A program made the translations under genes and the position numbers. From NCBI GenBank assembly GCA_964016885.1, contig OZ024741.1:298034001-298098000 (forward strand): a DNA stretch of 64,000 nucleotides. Reading direction: 5' to 3'. This document shows positions 51,306-64,000 of this stretch, piece by piece (the first letter of the stretch is position 1; each line of letters starts with the position of its first letter). Under the pieces are notes generated by a model, which was given only the letters and a program-made list of their open reading frames with translations, did no database searches and was not told the DNA's origin. The DNA is from Eledone cirrhosa. Lineage: Eukaryota.

Positions 51306-51657
51306 TCATCATCATCATTTTATGTCAGTTCTTCTACGCTAACATGAGTTGTCCTGTTGTGACCTTGTCTTGCTCATACGGGAACTGATTCTGGCTGAAT
51401 GCCCTTCCTAACACCAACCTCATTTACAGTGAGTGCTGGGTGTTTTTGTTTTTTTTTGCCGTGGCACCTCCACGACCACTTTGCAGTGGAATGATAGGGA
51501 CCCCAGTCCTATCATCTCATTTCTACAGCTGAGTAGACTGGAGCAATGTGAAATAAAGTGTCTTGCTCAAGGAAACAACACATCACCCGGTCCAAGAATT
51601 AAACTCACAACCTTTCAATTGCAAGCCCAATGCTCTAACCGCTGAGCCATGTGCTTT
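51306..51657 (-). mobile_element. CORE-type SINE with RTE tail
   Basis: Reverse complement of the 6453 family, with (atc)n end. Confidence 0.8.
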
Positions 51658-51679
51658 CTATTGTTGGCAATGTTAGGTC

Positions 51680-52625
51680 AGGTGACCATGTCTTGCTCAT
51701 AAAGAACTGATTTGGGCTTGGTTTCTACAGCTGGATGCCCTTCCTAATGCCAAGCTCATTTACAGTGAGTACTGGGTATTTTTTGTTGTGATTCCTCCAC
51801 GACTACTTTACAGTGTGGACTGGGTGTTTTTTACCGTGTCACCATCACGACCACTTTACAGTGTTTCGGCCTGTTCTCATGAAAGATATATTGGCGGGTG
51901 GGATGGAGTGGTGCATACTGTATGTATGTTTCAGTCTTGGCCTGGGCCCGTGGGAAGTTGGGGTTTCTGTATTACCTCATAACGCCAGAGATCTTGGTCC
52001 TGTGTCATTGCCTTTCAGAGGTGCAATTGGGCAAGGTCAGCTTTTATCACTTCATCTCAAGTCTTTTGGGGACTTTATGTAGCTGTCATCCTTCATACAA
52101 ATCACATGTCCATACCAACATAATCTCCTCTCCTGCACACATTTGATTCCTCTTATGCCTAGTTTCTCTTTCAGTTTGTTTATGCTTTGCTGTTCGCGTA
52201 TATTACTATTACACATCCATCGGAGCATACAAGCTTCATTCCTTTCTAATCTACGCAAGTCTTGTAGACACAGCGCCCAGCTCTCACTACCATGCAACAT
52301 TGCCGTTCATATGCACACATCATACAGTCTACCTTTTATTCTGAGGGAAAAGCCTTTTGTATCCAGCTGTGGCAGTAGCTCCCTCAACTTCTTCCATCCC
52401 GTTCTTTCAGAACACCCCCCTCCGCTGCTAATTCGGTATTGTTTTTACCAAGTCCTCCCAGACTTTGATGTCACTTGTTTTCAGTGATTGTTTGCTGCTT
52501 ACTGTCCTGGTGCAACTGCTACATGTAAAGCCTACATTCTTAACTAAACTTCCTGAGATCCCACTACATCTCTTGTGTACCCATAGTTTGCATATGGGGA
52601 AGAGGATGGAGTTTCTACCTATATC
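51680..52625 (-). mobile_element. Decayed 5'-truncated RTE (PHD-bearing lineage)
   Basis: GRNSIL.PICKLWVHKRC, MLHGSESW, LERNEACMLRWMC plus 3' UTR. Confidence 0.85.
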
Positions 52626-52703
52626 TACATAATGAGCACACACACACATAATGAGCACACACACACACACATATATATACACACACTCACATATACATAT
52701 ATA

Positions 52704-53550
52704 CTAGCCGAATTACCAGCGCCTTGCTGCGTTTCACACATTTCACACGTTTTTTTTGTAAGAAAATGATGATTGATTTTAAATCAGTGATATAATTTAT
52801 GGAGAAAAACTCAATATTACTCAATGTAAAATATAATGCATGAAAAATTGGAAAACATCATTTTTTGTAATATATCAAATCAAAATTGCATTATTAAATC
52901 TTATTCTTATTTTGTTTCTTGTAAATAATTTTTTTCAAAATATCAATTGAAAACTTTTGTGAATAAGCATCATATCTTATCATTTACCTATGGTTTAAGT
53001 TTCATATAAATCGAAAGGGAAAAGTTTTCAGTGGGGGTTTGTACCCCCGGGGAACCCTAATAGGGGGTTTAACCACCATTAAGGTGTCTTATAGTATTGA
53101 AATTGTGTGAATAGGCATCATATCTCTTCATTTATCTATGGTTTAAATTGCATATAAATCGAACCGAGAAAATTTTCAGCGGGGATTTTGTGCCCCCTGG
53201 TGAACCCTAATAGGGGGTTTAACCCCAATTAGGGTATTGTAATTTTATTGAAATTTGCTGGAATTTTGTGAATAGGCATCATGTCTTGTCATTTACCTAT
53301 GGTTTAAATTTCATATAAAACGAAGGTAAAGTTTCAGCGGCGGTTTTGTGCTCCCGATAAACCCTTTGATTAAAATGAAATATACTTATACAAGTACCCT
53401 GGGCAATGTAGTTTCAGAATATATATGGATATGGGGGTCTATCTCTAAAACCATAGGAGGAGTTCGTAAAATCTTATTCCATTTATTGGCCAAACTTTTC
53501 ACTATAGGGCGTTTAACCCCCATTAGGTTCTCTTAATATTATTGAAATTT
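52704..53550 (-). mobile_element. Non-autonomous Helitron-like element with internal repeats of about 150 bp
   Basis: Minus strand ends cagc-aaggc-gctg hairpin, 9 nt, then CTAG|T. Three repeats start gtgaata(a/g)gcatcat near 52959, 53107 and 53268. Confidence 0.55.
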
Positions 53551-53574
53551 GCACACACACACACACATATATAT

Positions 53575-55955
53575 ATCATCATCATCATCATCACCGTTTT
53601 ACGTCCGTTCTTCCACGCTAGCATGGCTTAGACGGGTTGTCCTGTTGTGGGCAGTGTCTGGTCGGCTGACCATGCCTTGCTCATACAGGAACTGATTTGG
53701 CTTGATTTCTACAGCTGGATGCCCTTCCTAACACCAACCTCATTTACAGTGAGTGCTGAGTGCTTTTTCGTGGTGCCTACATGTCCACTTTACAGTGTGG
53801 GCTGGGTGCTTTTTTGCCGTGGCACCTCCACGACCACCTTGCAGTGGGAGGGTGTGGGGGTATATTGTCTATATGCTTCAGCTTGTACCCATGGGAGGTT
53901 GGGTATTTTGTATTACGGCGTGACGCCAGAGGTCACGGTCATGTGTCATTGCCTTGGAGAGGTGTAAGTGGGTAAGGTTGGCTTTTATCACCTCATCCCA
54001 GGTCATCTTGGGTCTCCCCACTCTGCGGTTTCCATCGACTTCTAGTGCTCTGCACCTTTTTATGCAGCTGTCATCCTTCATACGCATCACATCTCCATAC
54101 CAACGCAACCGCCTCTCCTGCACACAGCATTTGATTCCTCTTATGCTCAGGCTCTCTCTCAATTCATTTATGCGTTGTTGGTCGCGTATATTACTATTAC
54201 ACATCCATCGGAGCATGCAGGCTTCGTTTCTCTCTAATCTACGTAAGTCTTCCACCTTCAGTGCCCAGGTCTCACTACCATATAACATTGCTGTTCGGAT
54301 ACACGCATCATACAGTCTGCCTTTCATTTTGAGGGAGAATCCTTTTGCAGCTAGCAGTGGCAGTAGTTCCCTAAACATCTTCCATTCCGTTCTTACCCTA
54401 GTTATTGTACTTTCTGAACACCCATCTCCGCTGCTAATTCGGTCACCTAGGTAGCAGAAGCTGTCTACTGTCTCTACAGAGCCCTCCCAGAGATTGGTGG
54501 TACTTGTTTCCTGTGGCTGTTTGCTGCTTGCTGTCCCAGTACAGCTGCTGCATGTGAAGCCTACATTCTTAATTAAGCTTCCTGAGATCCCGCTACATCT
54601 CTTGTGTACCCATTGTTTGCATTTGGAGCAGAGAATGGAGTTCCTACCTACACCTTTCCTACATACTGAGCAAGGCCATTTCCCTGAGGGGATCTGGGTT
54701 CTGTTTTCTCGTCTACTTATAAGGACCTTAGTCTTTGAGACCCTTTCTTTCTAGTCCCTGCTTCCAAGTTTGGAATTTCTTCTCTAGTTCTACCATAGAT
54801 TCAGCTATAAGTGCGAGGACATCAGCATACAGGAGTTCCCATGGGCATCCGGTCTTAAACTCCTCCGTTATTGCCTGCAGGACTATGATGAACAGGAGAG
54901 GGCTAAGAACAGAGCCCTGGTGGACACCAACCTGTACGCTAAATTCCTCGCTATACTCATTGCTAATCCTAACTTTGCTGATTGCTCCTCTATACATGGC
55001 TTGTACCGCTTTCACAAGCCATTCATCTACTCCTAGTTTTCTAAGAGCCCACCAGATTACAGCACGTGGAACTCTGTCAAAGGCTTTCCCGAGATCGACG
55101 AATGCCAGGTAGAGTGGCTTACTTTTAGCTAGGTACTTTTCCTGTAACTGCCTCATAAGGAAGAGGGCATCAGTGGTGCCTCTTCCTGGTACAAACCCAA
55201 ATTGCATCTCATCTAGTTTCACCCGATCCCTAATCAACTGTGCTATAACTCTTTCTGTTACTTTCATGACCTGATCCATCAGCTTTATACCTCTATAGTT
55301 TCCTCTATCTAGTGCATCACCTTTACCTTTGTAGCAGTTGACAATGATGCTACTGCACCAATCTTTTGATATGACACCTTCTAGTATTACCTGGTTAACA
55401 ATACGTGTGGTTATAGTGTGACCTACAGACTCAGATGCCTTCAGCATCTCGGTAGCTATACCCGATGGACCGGTTGCCTTCCCCATCTTCATATCTTTGA
55501 TTACCTTACTTACTACGCTGCGGCTGACTTGAACTGCTGACCCATCTATAGGGTCTACTAGGGGTAGGGTCTCTTCATCCCATGCATTCTCCTCATTTAG
55601 TAATCTATCATAATGACTCTTCCATGCATCTTTCTTCTCAGCACTTGTGAGGGCAAGCTCACCTTTATCATTCCGGATACACTTATCTCCAATGACATCA
55701 CAATTCTCTCTGACACTGCCTCGCAATCTTGAACACCTCCTGTTTCTGGTCCTCTCGTTGCAAAACATGCTTGAATTTTCTATCCTCTGCTTCCTTCCTA
55801 GCTAAGTATACTTGTCGCCTAGCTTCCCTCTTGGTCTCTATGTAATGTACCCTGCCTCCCCCGTTCTTCCATTCTTTCCATGCCTGTCTCTTGGCCTTAA
55901 CTACCTCATCTACCTTATTGTTCCACCACCAAGTCACTCTCCTCCTGCTTGTGGT

Positions 55956-55957
<2 letters not shown>
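53575..55957 (-). mobile_element. RTE family B, 5'-truncated dead copy
   Basis: Closely matches 44785-47180. YADV replaces YADD, frameshifts present, (GAT)n tail. Confidence 0.92.
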
Positions 55958-55999
<42 letters not shown>

Positions 56000-56018
56000 A
56001 CCACAAGCAGGAGGAGAT

Positions 56019-56071
<53 letters not shown>

Positions 56072-56106
56072 AACACACACACACACATATATATATATAT
56101 ACACAA

Positions 56107-56151
<45 letters not shown>

Positions 56152-56444
56152 TACACACACACACACACATATTTATATCTTTTAGCAGAGCATTTTAATA
56201 TTGCCACTCAATGAAAACCCTTTGTTTGTTTGGAATAAATGAATCTTGAAAATTAGGAGTGCCTGTCAGTGTGTATGTGTTTGTCTACTTAGCATCAATT
56301 TACTAACCCCCCCCCCTCCCCTACCACCAGAAAATGTATAAATACCACCATATTACATTGACAGTCGGCTTTTCTGATGATTTCCTCCAAATGAAACAGT
56401 TCTAGTCCTGTTGAAGCCATTTCTATATTATATATATATATACT

Positions 56445-57065
56445 CTTTTAGCTGTTCCAGCCATCCGGCTGAGACCATGATTGGGCACTGCCCTTGTTGC
56501 TACACATTCTATCTCCAGCCTGTGTTGGCTGGCCATTGATGCAAGAGGGAGTTCGTTGCTGCTGACCTTAGGTTACCTTCGTACCGTGATGTGGGCTCAT
56601 CCGGGATCCTGGATAACAGGGTGTCGAGAAGTTTTTTGAAAATATCCACGGCCACACCATGTAGATCTCTCAAATCCCTCGGCAGTTTGTTGAAGAGTTG
56701 AGGGCCTTTGAACCCCAGTCTATTGCAATATCTGCTTCTTGTTCTAGATGTGGAAGACGGGACCTTTGTCACCACACAGTGACGTCTTGTTCGAGGGTTG
56801 GTCACGCTCTCAATACCAAAGTTTGGAGCTCGTCCCTCCAGGATTTTCCATATGTATATCACTGCGTATCTCTCCCGTCTTCGTTCCAAGGAGTAGAGTT
56901 TCAGTTCTCTTAGCCTCTCCCAGTAGCTCATCTCCTTCATCGTGCAATCCTCTTGGTGTAGCTTCGTTGGATTGTCTCAAGTTCCGTGGTTAGTTTGATA
57001 CTATGGGGTGACCACAGCTGGGAGCAATAGTCCAGGCGGCTTAGGACAAATGGCCTCCATAGTAT
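56445..57065 (-). mobile_element. CR1-like LINE 3' fragment
   Basis: SYWERLRELKLYSLERRRER...FNKLP...FKKLLD.LL..IPDEP...AATNSL. Confidence 0.8.
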
Positions 57066-57233
57066 CAACATGGTCTCCCTGTCTCTTATATAGAAAACCT
57101 CAAATAAAAAGTCAAGATTTGTTTCGATTTAACAGAGCAGAAAGAATTCGCGTCAGAATATTCCAACCAATCCAGCCTATATCAGCTGAATAAATATGTA
57201 TATGGAGATATATATATACACACCCACATGCAC

Positions 57234-57268
<35 letters not shown>

Positions 57269-57324
57269 TATATATATACACACACACACACACTCAAACA
57301 CACACACATACATACACGCATGCA

Positions 57325-57920
57325 TGCATACATGATGGCTGCCCCCTCATTATCGAGTATGGCCATTGCACGATATACCATTATTAATAATTATTAATTA
57401 ATTCTATCGTGCAATGCCTGTGCACTGAGCCAATCCCACTCTCTGTGCGACAGCAGCTATAACCCGAAAAGAACAAAATATCAACATCATCGGTAACTAC
57501 TGAGCCCCAGGTTTTATATCGGAGTTATCCCAGTTTCCTGAGTTGCCTTCTCCTAGAAGAATGCCCTGACAAAGGCTAGGGGTCCTTCACTCCCAGTGGT
57601 TTAACCGCGCGATCGGGTGTCCAGCCCGATTATTTCTATGTCCCCGCGCATGTACATACACATGCACCCATGTATATACACATATACATATACATACATA
57701 TGTACATGTGTATATACATATTTACACACTTTTGGATGGCCGTCGACTCTTATGAGATCTTCCGCCCTTTGTCAGCTTTTGTTTTTTGTCCTGCAGGGTG
57801 TCCAAAATCACCCTCCTCACTAAGTAAACTTGGTGGGGTTGCCGGTTTAGTCGCCGACGACCCGACCATGCGACAGGTTGTACAGGGTTACATGTTACCA
57901 GTAGCACTCAAGAGTGACCC
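57325..57920 (-). mobile_element. Short non-autonomous RTE family C derivative (5' UTR-like part plus 3' end)
   Basis: Shares the 3' motif (gcagccatc-(atgt)n) with 57935 and 60445, and shares 5' sequence with 60800-61055. Confidence 0.6.
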
Positions 57921-57924
57921 AACA

Positions 57925-60420
57925 TATATACATACATACATGATGGCTGCAAACTCGTGTTCAAGTATTGCCATCGCCCGATAAAATGTTCAAAAATGTG
58001 AAGCACAAATGTGACTCTTTAAACCAGCCAAATACTTGCACTCTCTGGCACACACATGGCAACTTTAGGCTCCCCCGAAACCTTCCATTGCTTTGTTCTG
58101 ACTGTGTGTTCACACGTATCTTTTAAAACCTCCCATGCTTGTACATTTCTTACAGCTTTTCATATCATAATCTACATGAGGTCTACTGATATGACTTTGT
58201 TCATGTCTAATCAAACCAGCTTTGCTCAGGCTGACTCGACCACAGTGCTGGCAAACCAGATGATGTTCAACAGCAGGTAGTTCAGAACAGTCTCAATCCT
58301 GACCTTCCTTTTCAGTGTTAGGTGTTGTCTCCGACGAGTTTCAAAGTGTTCACCACCTGACTTGATCAAACGTCTCCACTTCACACGCTCGTCAGCCATT
58401 TTCTCCCATTCGTCAGATGAAATTCCAGCACAAGCCAAGGTGCTCCTGACACAGTCCCGGTACCGCCTTTTTGGTTTATGTGGTGGTCGCCTTCCTTCAC
58501 ACAGTTCTCCATAGAGAAGTTGCTTTGGAATACAATCATCAGACATCCGGACCACGTGACTGCACCACCTCAACCGATACCGAAAGATTGTGCTCTCTAT
58601 AGTCACGCACCTGCTCCGTTCTAAAACTTCCAAATCACTGGCGAACATTTTCCACCACACCCCAAGTAACTTATGAAGAGATTGTTGGTGAAATCTCTCC
58701 AGATCCTTGAGATGCTTTCTGTATGTGACCCACGTTTCACAAACATAAAGTAAAGAGGAGACAACACAAGTCAGATAATCTTTCACCTTGATTTCGATGG
58801 TGATACCTCGTCTGGACCATAAACGTTGATGCAGCCGTCCAAAAGCATCACTGGCGTTCTTGATTCTTAAGGATATTTCATTATCATATGTGCATGAAGT
58901 GTTCAACGTACTACCAAGGTAAACAAATTTGTCAGCAACTTTTAGCCTCTTTCCGTACACGTACACACTTGGTGCAGTGTACTCGTTTCCAGGTACTGGC
59001 TGATACATCACAACAATGTTTTCCAAGCTTATTGTGACGCCCAAAGTGCTGCAAGCTGCAGAAAAAGAGTTCATAATATGCTGCATGTCACTTTGTGAGT
59101 GTGCAAAAAGATCGCAGTCGTCTGCATACAAAAACTCTCGGATTATAGATGTTAAAACCTTTGTGCTTGTACCAAAGCGCCTGGTGTTGAACAACCTTCC
59201 TGAAGTGCGATACCTGATGTAAACCCCATGAGAACAATATTTGAATGCCATGAGAAATACTATCGTAAAATATAAGGAAAACAGAGTTGGAGGTGGAATG
59301 TTCCCCTGCTTCACTCCATTTTCAACTGATATTGGTTCAGAGATGCTACCACCAATACTGACCAAAGCCTTCATGTCATCATGGAAAAGATGCAGAATCT
59401 TCTACCCTACCTTGGATTTTTTTCCCACAACGCAGTTCGATTGACAGTGTCAAAAGCCTTTGTCAAGTCAACAAAGACCTGGTAAAGGCCCATACATTGT
59501 TCGATACACTTTTCTTGCCGCTGCCGAGCAGAAACGATCATATCCACTGTTCCTCTTTCGTTTCTGAACCCACACTGCGACTCAGGCAACACATTCAGAG
59601 CAACTCTTGGGATCAATCTATCCATCAATATTCGACACGACTTTACCAACTACTGAAATAAGGGATATGACATGATAATTGCCACATTTGTCCTTGCCGT
59701 CCTTTCCTTTATGGAGAATCACCATGAGCGCATCCTTCTTGTGGGACATTCTCATCTTCCCACACCATCTTCATGAGGTCAGTCAGGACTGCGTGAAGTT
59801 TTCACCACCACACTTCAAAACCGCTCCACTCAGACCATCCATACCAGGAGACTTACCACAGTTCAGATTATGCACAACAGAAGTCCCCTCTGCAAAAGAA
59901 GATACATTAGCCATCTCATATGCTTCACTGGTTCAATAGGAATGGAACAAATGAAATCATCATCAACCTGGGATGGCTGGTTTAAGAGCTCATCAAAGTG
60001 ATCTCTCTATCTGTCGAATGTCTTTTGGGTCGCGCAGTAATTGCTTGCCATCTTTCGATCTCAAAGGGGCCACTGGAGAGCTGAAAGGGCCATACACCTC
60101 TGTGAGTAGAAAGTGCGGCAGTTTCACATTGTTGCCGTCAGATGCCACTTGAACTTCATCTGCTTTGTTGCTCCACCAGGTATTTTGCATAGCTCTGAGT
60201 TTCACCTGCACTTCCTTCTTTACCTGTCTGTAATGCTCATAATTGTCACCAACAGAGATACCACCTTTAAGAACTGCATCAAGTGCCTTTTGTTTTCTGT
60301 CTAGCAGAGCCTTGACCTCCTGGTCATTCTCATCAAACCAGTCCTTGTTTTCTTGTGACAAAGCCAAGGACCTCTGCTGAAGCCTCATAGACCGAGCTCC
60401 TGAAGTCCTTCCAGTTGTTC
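57925..60420 (-). pseudogene. RTE family C (BovB-like) LINE, 5'-truncated, with C-terminal C2H2 zinc fingers
   Basis: LPESQCGFR, DLTKAFD, GVKQG..PTLF, YRTSGRLFN, LYADD, PKQLLYGEL. Fingers CQHCGRVSLSKAGLIRHEQSH and CHVCARECKYLAGLKSHICASH hand-translated at 58000-58260. Confidence 0.88.
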
Positions 60421-60424
60421 TCAT

Positions 60425-61055
60425 ACACGCATACATACTTACATATATGGTGGCTGCCAACTCGTTTTCGAGTACGGCCACTACTTTATATCCATGTAGG
60501 AGAACCCCTACCGATGCGCTAAACAAGTGTGACTTCTTAGTCCAGCCAGCGACTTGAAAACTCTGGTACAAACACTACACTTGTGACAATTATTGACACA
60601 TAGTGCTGGGCCCATGGCACCATGTGACGACAAGTACAGAGAGATCTCCAGATATAAAGCAATGCCTGTGCCGTGAAGCTTTTATAGTGAGCAAAGGCAC
60701 TGCACAAAGCCAGTCCCACTCTCTTAACCAAGATGATATTTACCAAAAAGAAGAACATGTCAACATCATTGGATACCATCAGAGTTGCAGGTGTCATATT
60801 AGAGTTTTCCTTCTCCTAGAATTCTGTCTTGACAAAGGCTAAGGGGTCATCTCTCCCGGTGATTTTGGATGGCCATTGACTCTTAAGAGCTCCTTTGCTC
60901 TTTGACAGGTTTTGTTTTTAGTCCTGCAGGATGTCCAAAGTCACCCTCCTCACCAAGAAACCTTGGTGGGGTTGCCAGTTTAGTCGCCAACGACTCGACC
61001 ATGAGACAGGTTGTACTGGGATACATGTTACCAGTAGCACCAACTGGTGACCTGA
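60425..61055 (-). mobile_element. Second short RTE family C derivative
   Basis: Same 3' motif and (atgt)n tail; 5' region includes tctaggagaaggaaaactct, typical of RTE leaders. Confidence 0.6.
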
Positions 61056-61784
61056 CATATATACATGTATACATACATGCATACATCCATACATACATCC
61101 ATCCATCCATACATACATGTATACACACATACATCCATCCATCCATCCATACGTGTATACATACATACATACACTGGTTAAAGTGTTTGACTGACGACCA
61201 TAAGTTCATGGGTTCATATTTTGGACCAGGTAGTTATTGAATCAACCTGATATCAATGTTTATTATACAGCACACTTCCTCTTTGGTATAATATGACATA
61301 TAGTAATATCTAACATAGTACCCATCTAATCTGTTATAATATGATTTACCTTTCCTCTGTGAAGGCACATGCCTTGTGGGTTACGGTACTGGACTAACCA
61401 TTATAAAGTCATGGGCTCGTTTCTTCGATCCTGCAGCATGTTGCATCCTTCAGTAAAATACTTTAGTTCGTGTAGCATCTTCTACCAAGACTTGCGGCAG
61501 ACAGATAATATCAGTAATGGAAAAACCTTGTTTCATTAGTATGACCTGGAAATCAGTTCCACTCTATTTATCTTCTTTATTAAAGGCAATCAAATTATTT
61601 TTTATTTTATTCTTTTTCTTCTTTTTCCATGTTTGTTAAATAAATTCCAAAAAATCGAACTAAATTGAAATTTTGTAATAAAATTTCCATAAAAGTTAAT
61701 GTTTACAATACAATAAAATGTAATAAAATGTATTGAAGTCGACGAAATGTGGACCTTCATTTTTGAAAAATGGATAATGCTATA

Positions 61785-62033
61785 AGCAGACCTTACAATA
61801 TTGTACCACAATTTTCCTTTGTGCAAAAGTGGGCAGCCGAATTTAGGAAAGGGTAGGGGATTCTTGAAGATGACCCAATGTCTGGACGTCCTACAACTGC
61901 CACTACCGAGGAAAACATTAATCTCAGTACTGCAACACCGATGGAAGAAGTGTGTGGAACGCAAGGGAGACTATGTTGAAAAATAAACCTCATTTAGTCA
62001 CATTCCATGAGAGTATCTTTGTCAACCCTCGTA
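61785..62033 (+). mobile_element. Internally deleted mariner remnant
   Basis: KWAAEFR..LEDDP.SGRPTTATTEENI joined to LQHRWKKCVERKGDYVEK*; ends caaccctcg-TA. Confidence 0.82.
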
Positions 62034-62067
62034 TCTATGCGCAATATACGTAAAGATACAGAATTGC

Positions 62068-62444
62068 GGGCACGACAACGCTATTAGCTGTCATATTTGT
62101 TGGTGAAAAAAATTTGATTCTAAAACTTAAATTTATGAATGACTTGTTTTTTACATTGATAACCATGACTTGTTTTCTAATTAACTTAAATTTGTTTTCT
62201 AATTTGGCCTCTTTAAGGGCCACCTATATTTTCATTTAAGTAACTCCACTTACATCGATATGCTTTGTTTTCTAATTTGGCCCTTTTAAGTCTTCCCTCT
62301 CTCTCTCTCTCTCTTCCCTCTCCCTCTCAAAAAAACGCGTGAAAACTCCACTTACGCGCGGTAGTAATACGGAAATAAACGATGTTGACGAGTGACGTCA
62401 CCTTCGCCTGTTTTCCACTGGACTGACAGCTAATAGCGTTGTAG
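62068..62444. mobile_element. Merlin-derived MITE
   Basis: TIR gggcacgacaacgctattagctgtca at the left; clipped reverse complement tgacagctaatagcgttgtag at the right. Confidence 0.7.
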
Positions 62445-64000
62445 GGCACTACGACGCTATTAGCTGTCAGTCCAAGCAGCTGATGGAAACAGGCGAAGGT
62501 GACGTCACTCGTCAAACATCGTTTATTTCCGTATTACTACCACGCGTAAGTGGAGTTTTCACGCGTTTTTTGGAGAGAGAGAGGGGGTGAGAGGGGAAGA
62601 GAAAGGGAAGAGGAGAGAGAGGGAAGAGAGAGAGAGAGGGATGACTTAAAAGGGCCAAATTAGAAAACAAATAGAAAAAACAAATAGAAAACAAGTCATG
62701 GTTATAAAGCATGTCGATGTAAGTGGAGTTACTTAAATGAAAATATAGGTGGCCCTTAAAAGGGCCAAATTAGAAAACAAATTTAAGTTAATTAGAAAAC
62801 AAATTTAAGTTAATTAGAAAACAAGTCATGGTTATCAAATAAATTTGATTTATTCATTTATATTTTCATTATTCACCAACCTTATTCAAAAGCATGTTTA
62901 GAAACATTTATTTCACCAACCTTATTCAAATGCATGGAATCAGATGACGGATATGTTCTAATAACTTTTGGAAAATTTCTCCTTTAAATTCATACCGCCA
63001 CATGAATTCAATGAGATGGTTTTGAAGCAAATTTCTGGCTGTCCCGTTTTCCCTTTTATTCCTATTTTTTACGTGTTTCCACAAGCATTCTATGTGATTC
63101 GTTGTGGCAAATGTTACTGGATCAACAAAATTGATCGAATGGTTTACCGTCAGATGTTGATAGCTGATCGATCGTATTATAGGAACGCCATAGATCAGAT
63201 ATTATGGTTGTCCCTGGCAATATACGATCCTGTATAATGGTTAAAAATGTCTCCGCTGTCCTGTCTTCTACTGCTACTAAAATACATCTTCTGGTACTTC
63301 TTTCCAAAGCACCAAAAACCCACTGTGTTTTCACAGAATGGCCACGATGGTATTTCCTTCTCACGAATGCGCTTTCATCAATCTCGACAATTCGGTTTGG
63401 CCCGCCAAGCTTAATGTTTTGTGCCACATAGTACTCTGCACATACATCACGGCAAAAATTTCGCCAATCTGCTACGGCCACATTCGCGATACGACATTCC
63501 TCTGAAATCTTCTTGGCTAAATCTTCTTTTGCTCCAAAATATAATATATCAACTATTTGTTCACAGTTCATATTGCTATTTTCTAAAAATGTGCCTTTTC
63601 TAATAGAAACCTATTTTCTACGTGGTCTTTTACATGACCAGATAATCCCATCTGACACATTTTGTTTCGCTACTTCCAACATACGTTGACCACATGAAGG
63701 GCAGACCTTTTGTGTATTCAGAAGTCCTTGAATTTTCAACCAATTGACGGTATCTGCTGTAGTAGCGGTAGCGATGGAAAGATCGCGATGGTTAATTCCC
63801 TTAACACTTGGATATATTATAGAACTCGTTTTTCAACTTGCAGATGCGTGTATTATCACAAAGTGAAGATTAAAGTTTATTTATTTACACGTTGTGTTGG
63901 TGGTGTTGGTGATGATTGTTGCTGATTGGTGGGGATTGTCTCCATGCTTTTGAATAAGGTCGGTGAAAATAATTTGTTTTCTAAACATTTCTTCATAAAT
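62444..64000 (-). mobile_element. Merlin (IS1016/ISXO2-like) DNA transposon, frameshifted transposase at about 62950-63800; probably runs off window
   Basis: LGGPNRIVEIDES..RKYHRG..WVFG..ILPGTTIISDLWRSY, then VNHSINFVDP..TNHIE in another frame. TIR gggcactacgacgctattagctgtca at 62444. Confidence 0.88.

Noticed and set aside
56367-56408. Fourth hammerhead (CUGAUGA-U-UU..AA-U-GAAACAGU)
   Set aside because: The core and U-U are present, but stem II is only 2 bp, stem III is not palindromic and stem I does not pair convincingly; at best a decayed copy.

Overview
Eukaryotic, transposon-saturated DNA with no recognisable host gene. The SINE families and dense (TA)n/(TG)n microsatellites suggest a cephalopod such as octopus, which is an inference. 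Bases 1-18427 recur almost identically at 25573-43997 (offset about 25.57 kb). The junction at 18427/18428 fuses the 5' stub of an RTE LINE to a 3'-clipped CRE retrotransposon. The most striking structure is an intact RTE LINE (1039-aa APE-RT ORF with a PHD finger inside the RT). It is preceded by a 6.6-kb, multi-level higher-order tandem array that runs into its 5' UTR, and the whole 10.3-kb unit sits within (TA)n microsatellite. Other content: dead RTE copies from three families, a CRE with an N-terminal PHD finger, a Penelope GIY-YIG fragment with fold-back structures, three unrelated hammerhead-ribozyme motifs that share a U-U mismatch closing stem II, CORE- and Nin-type SINEs, and L1/Tx1, CR1, mariner, Merlin and Helitron remnants. 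Family assignments are by eye from motifs; no database search was run.
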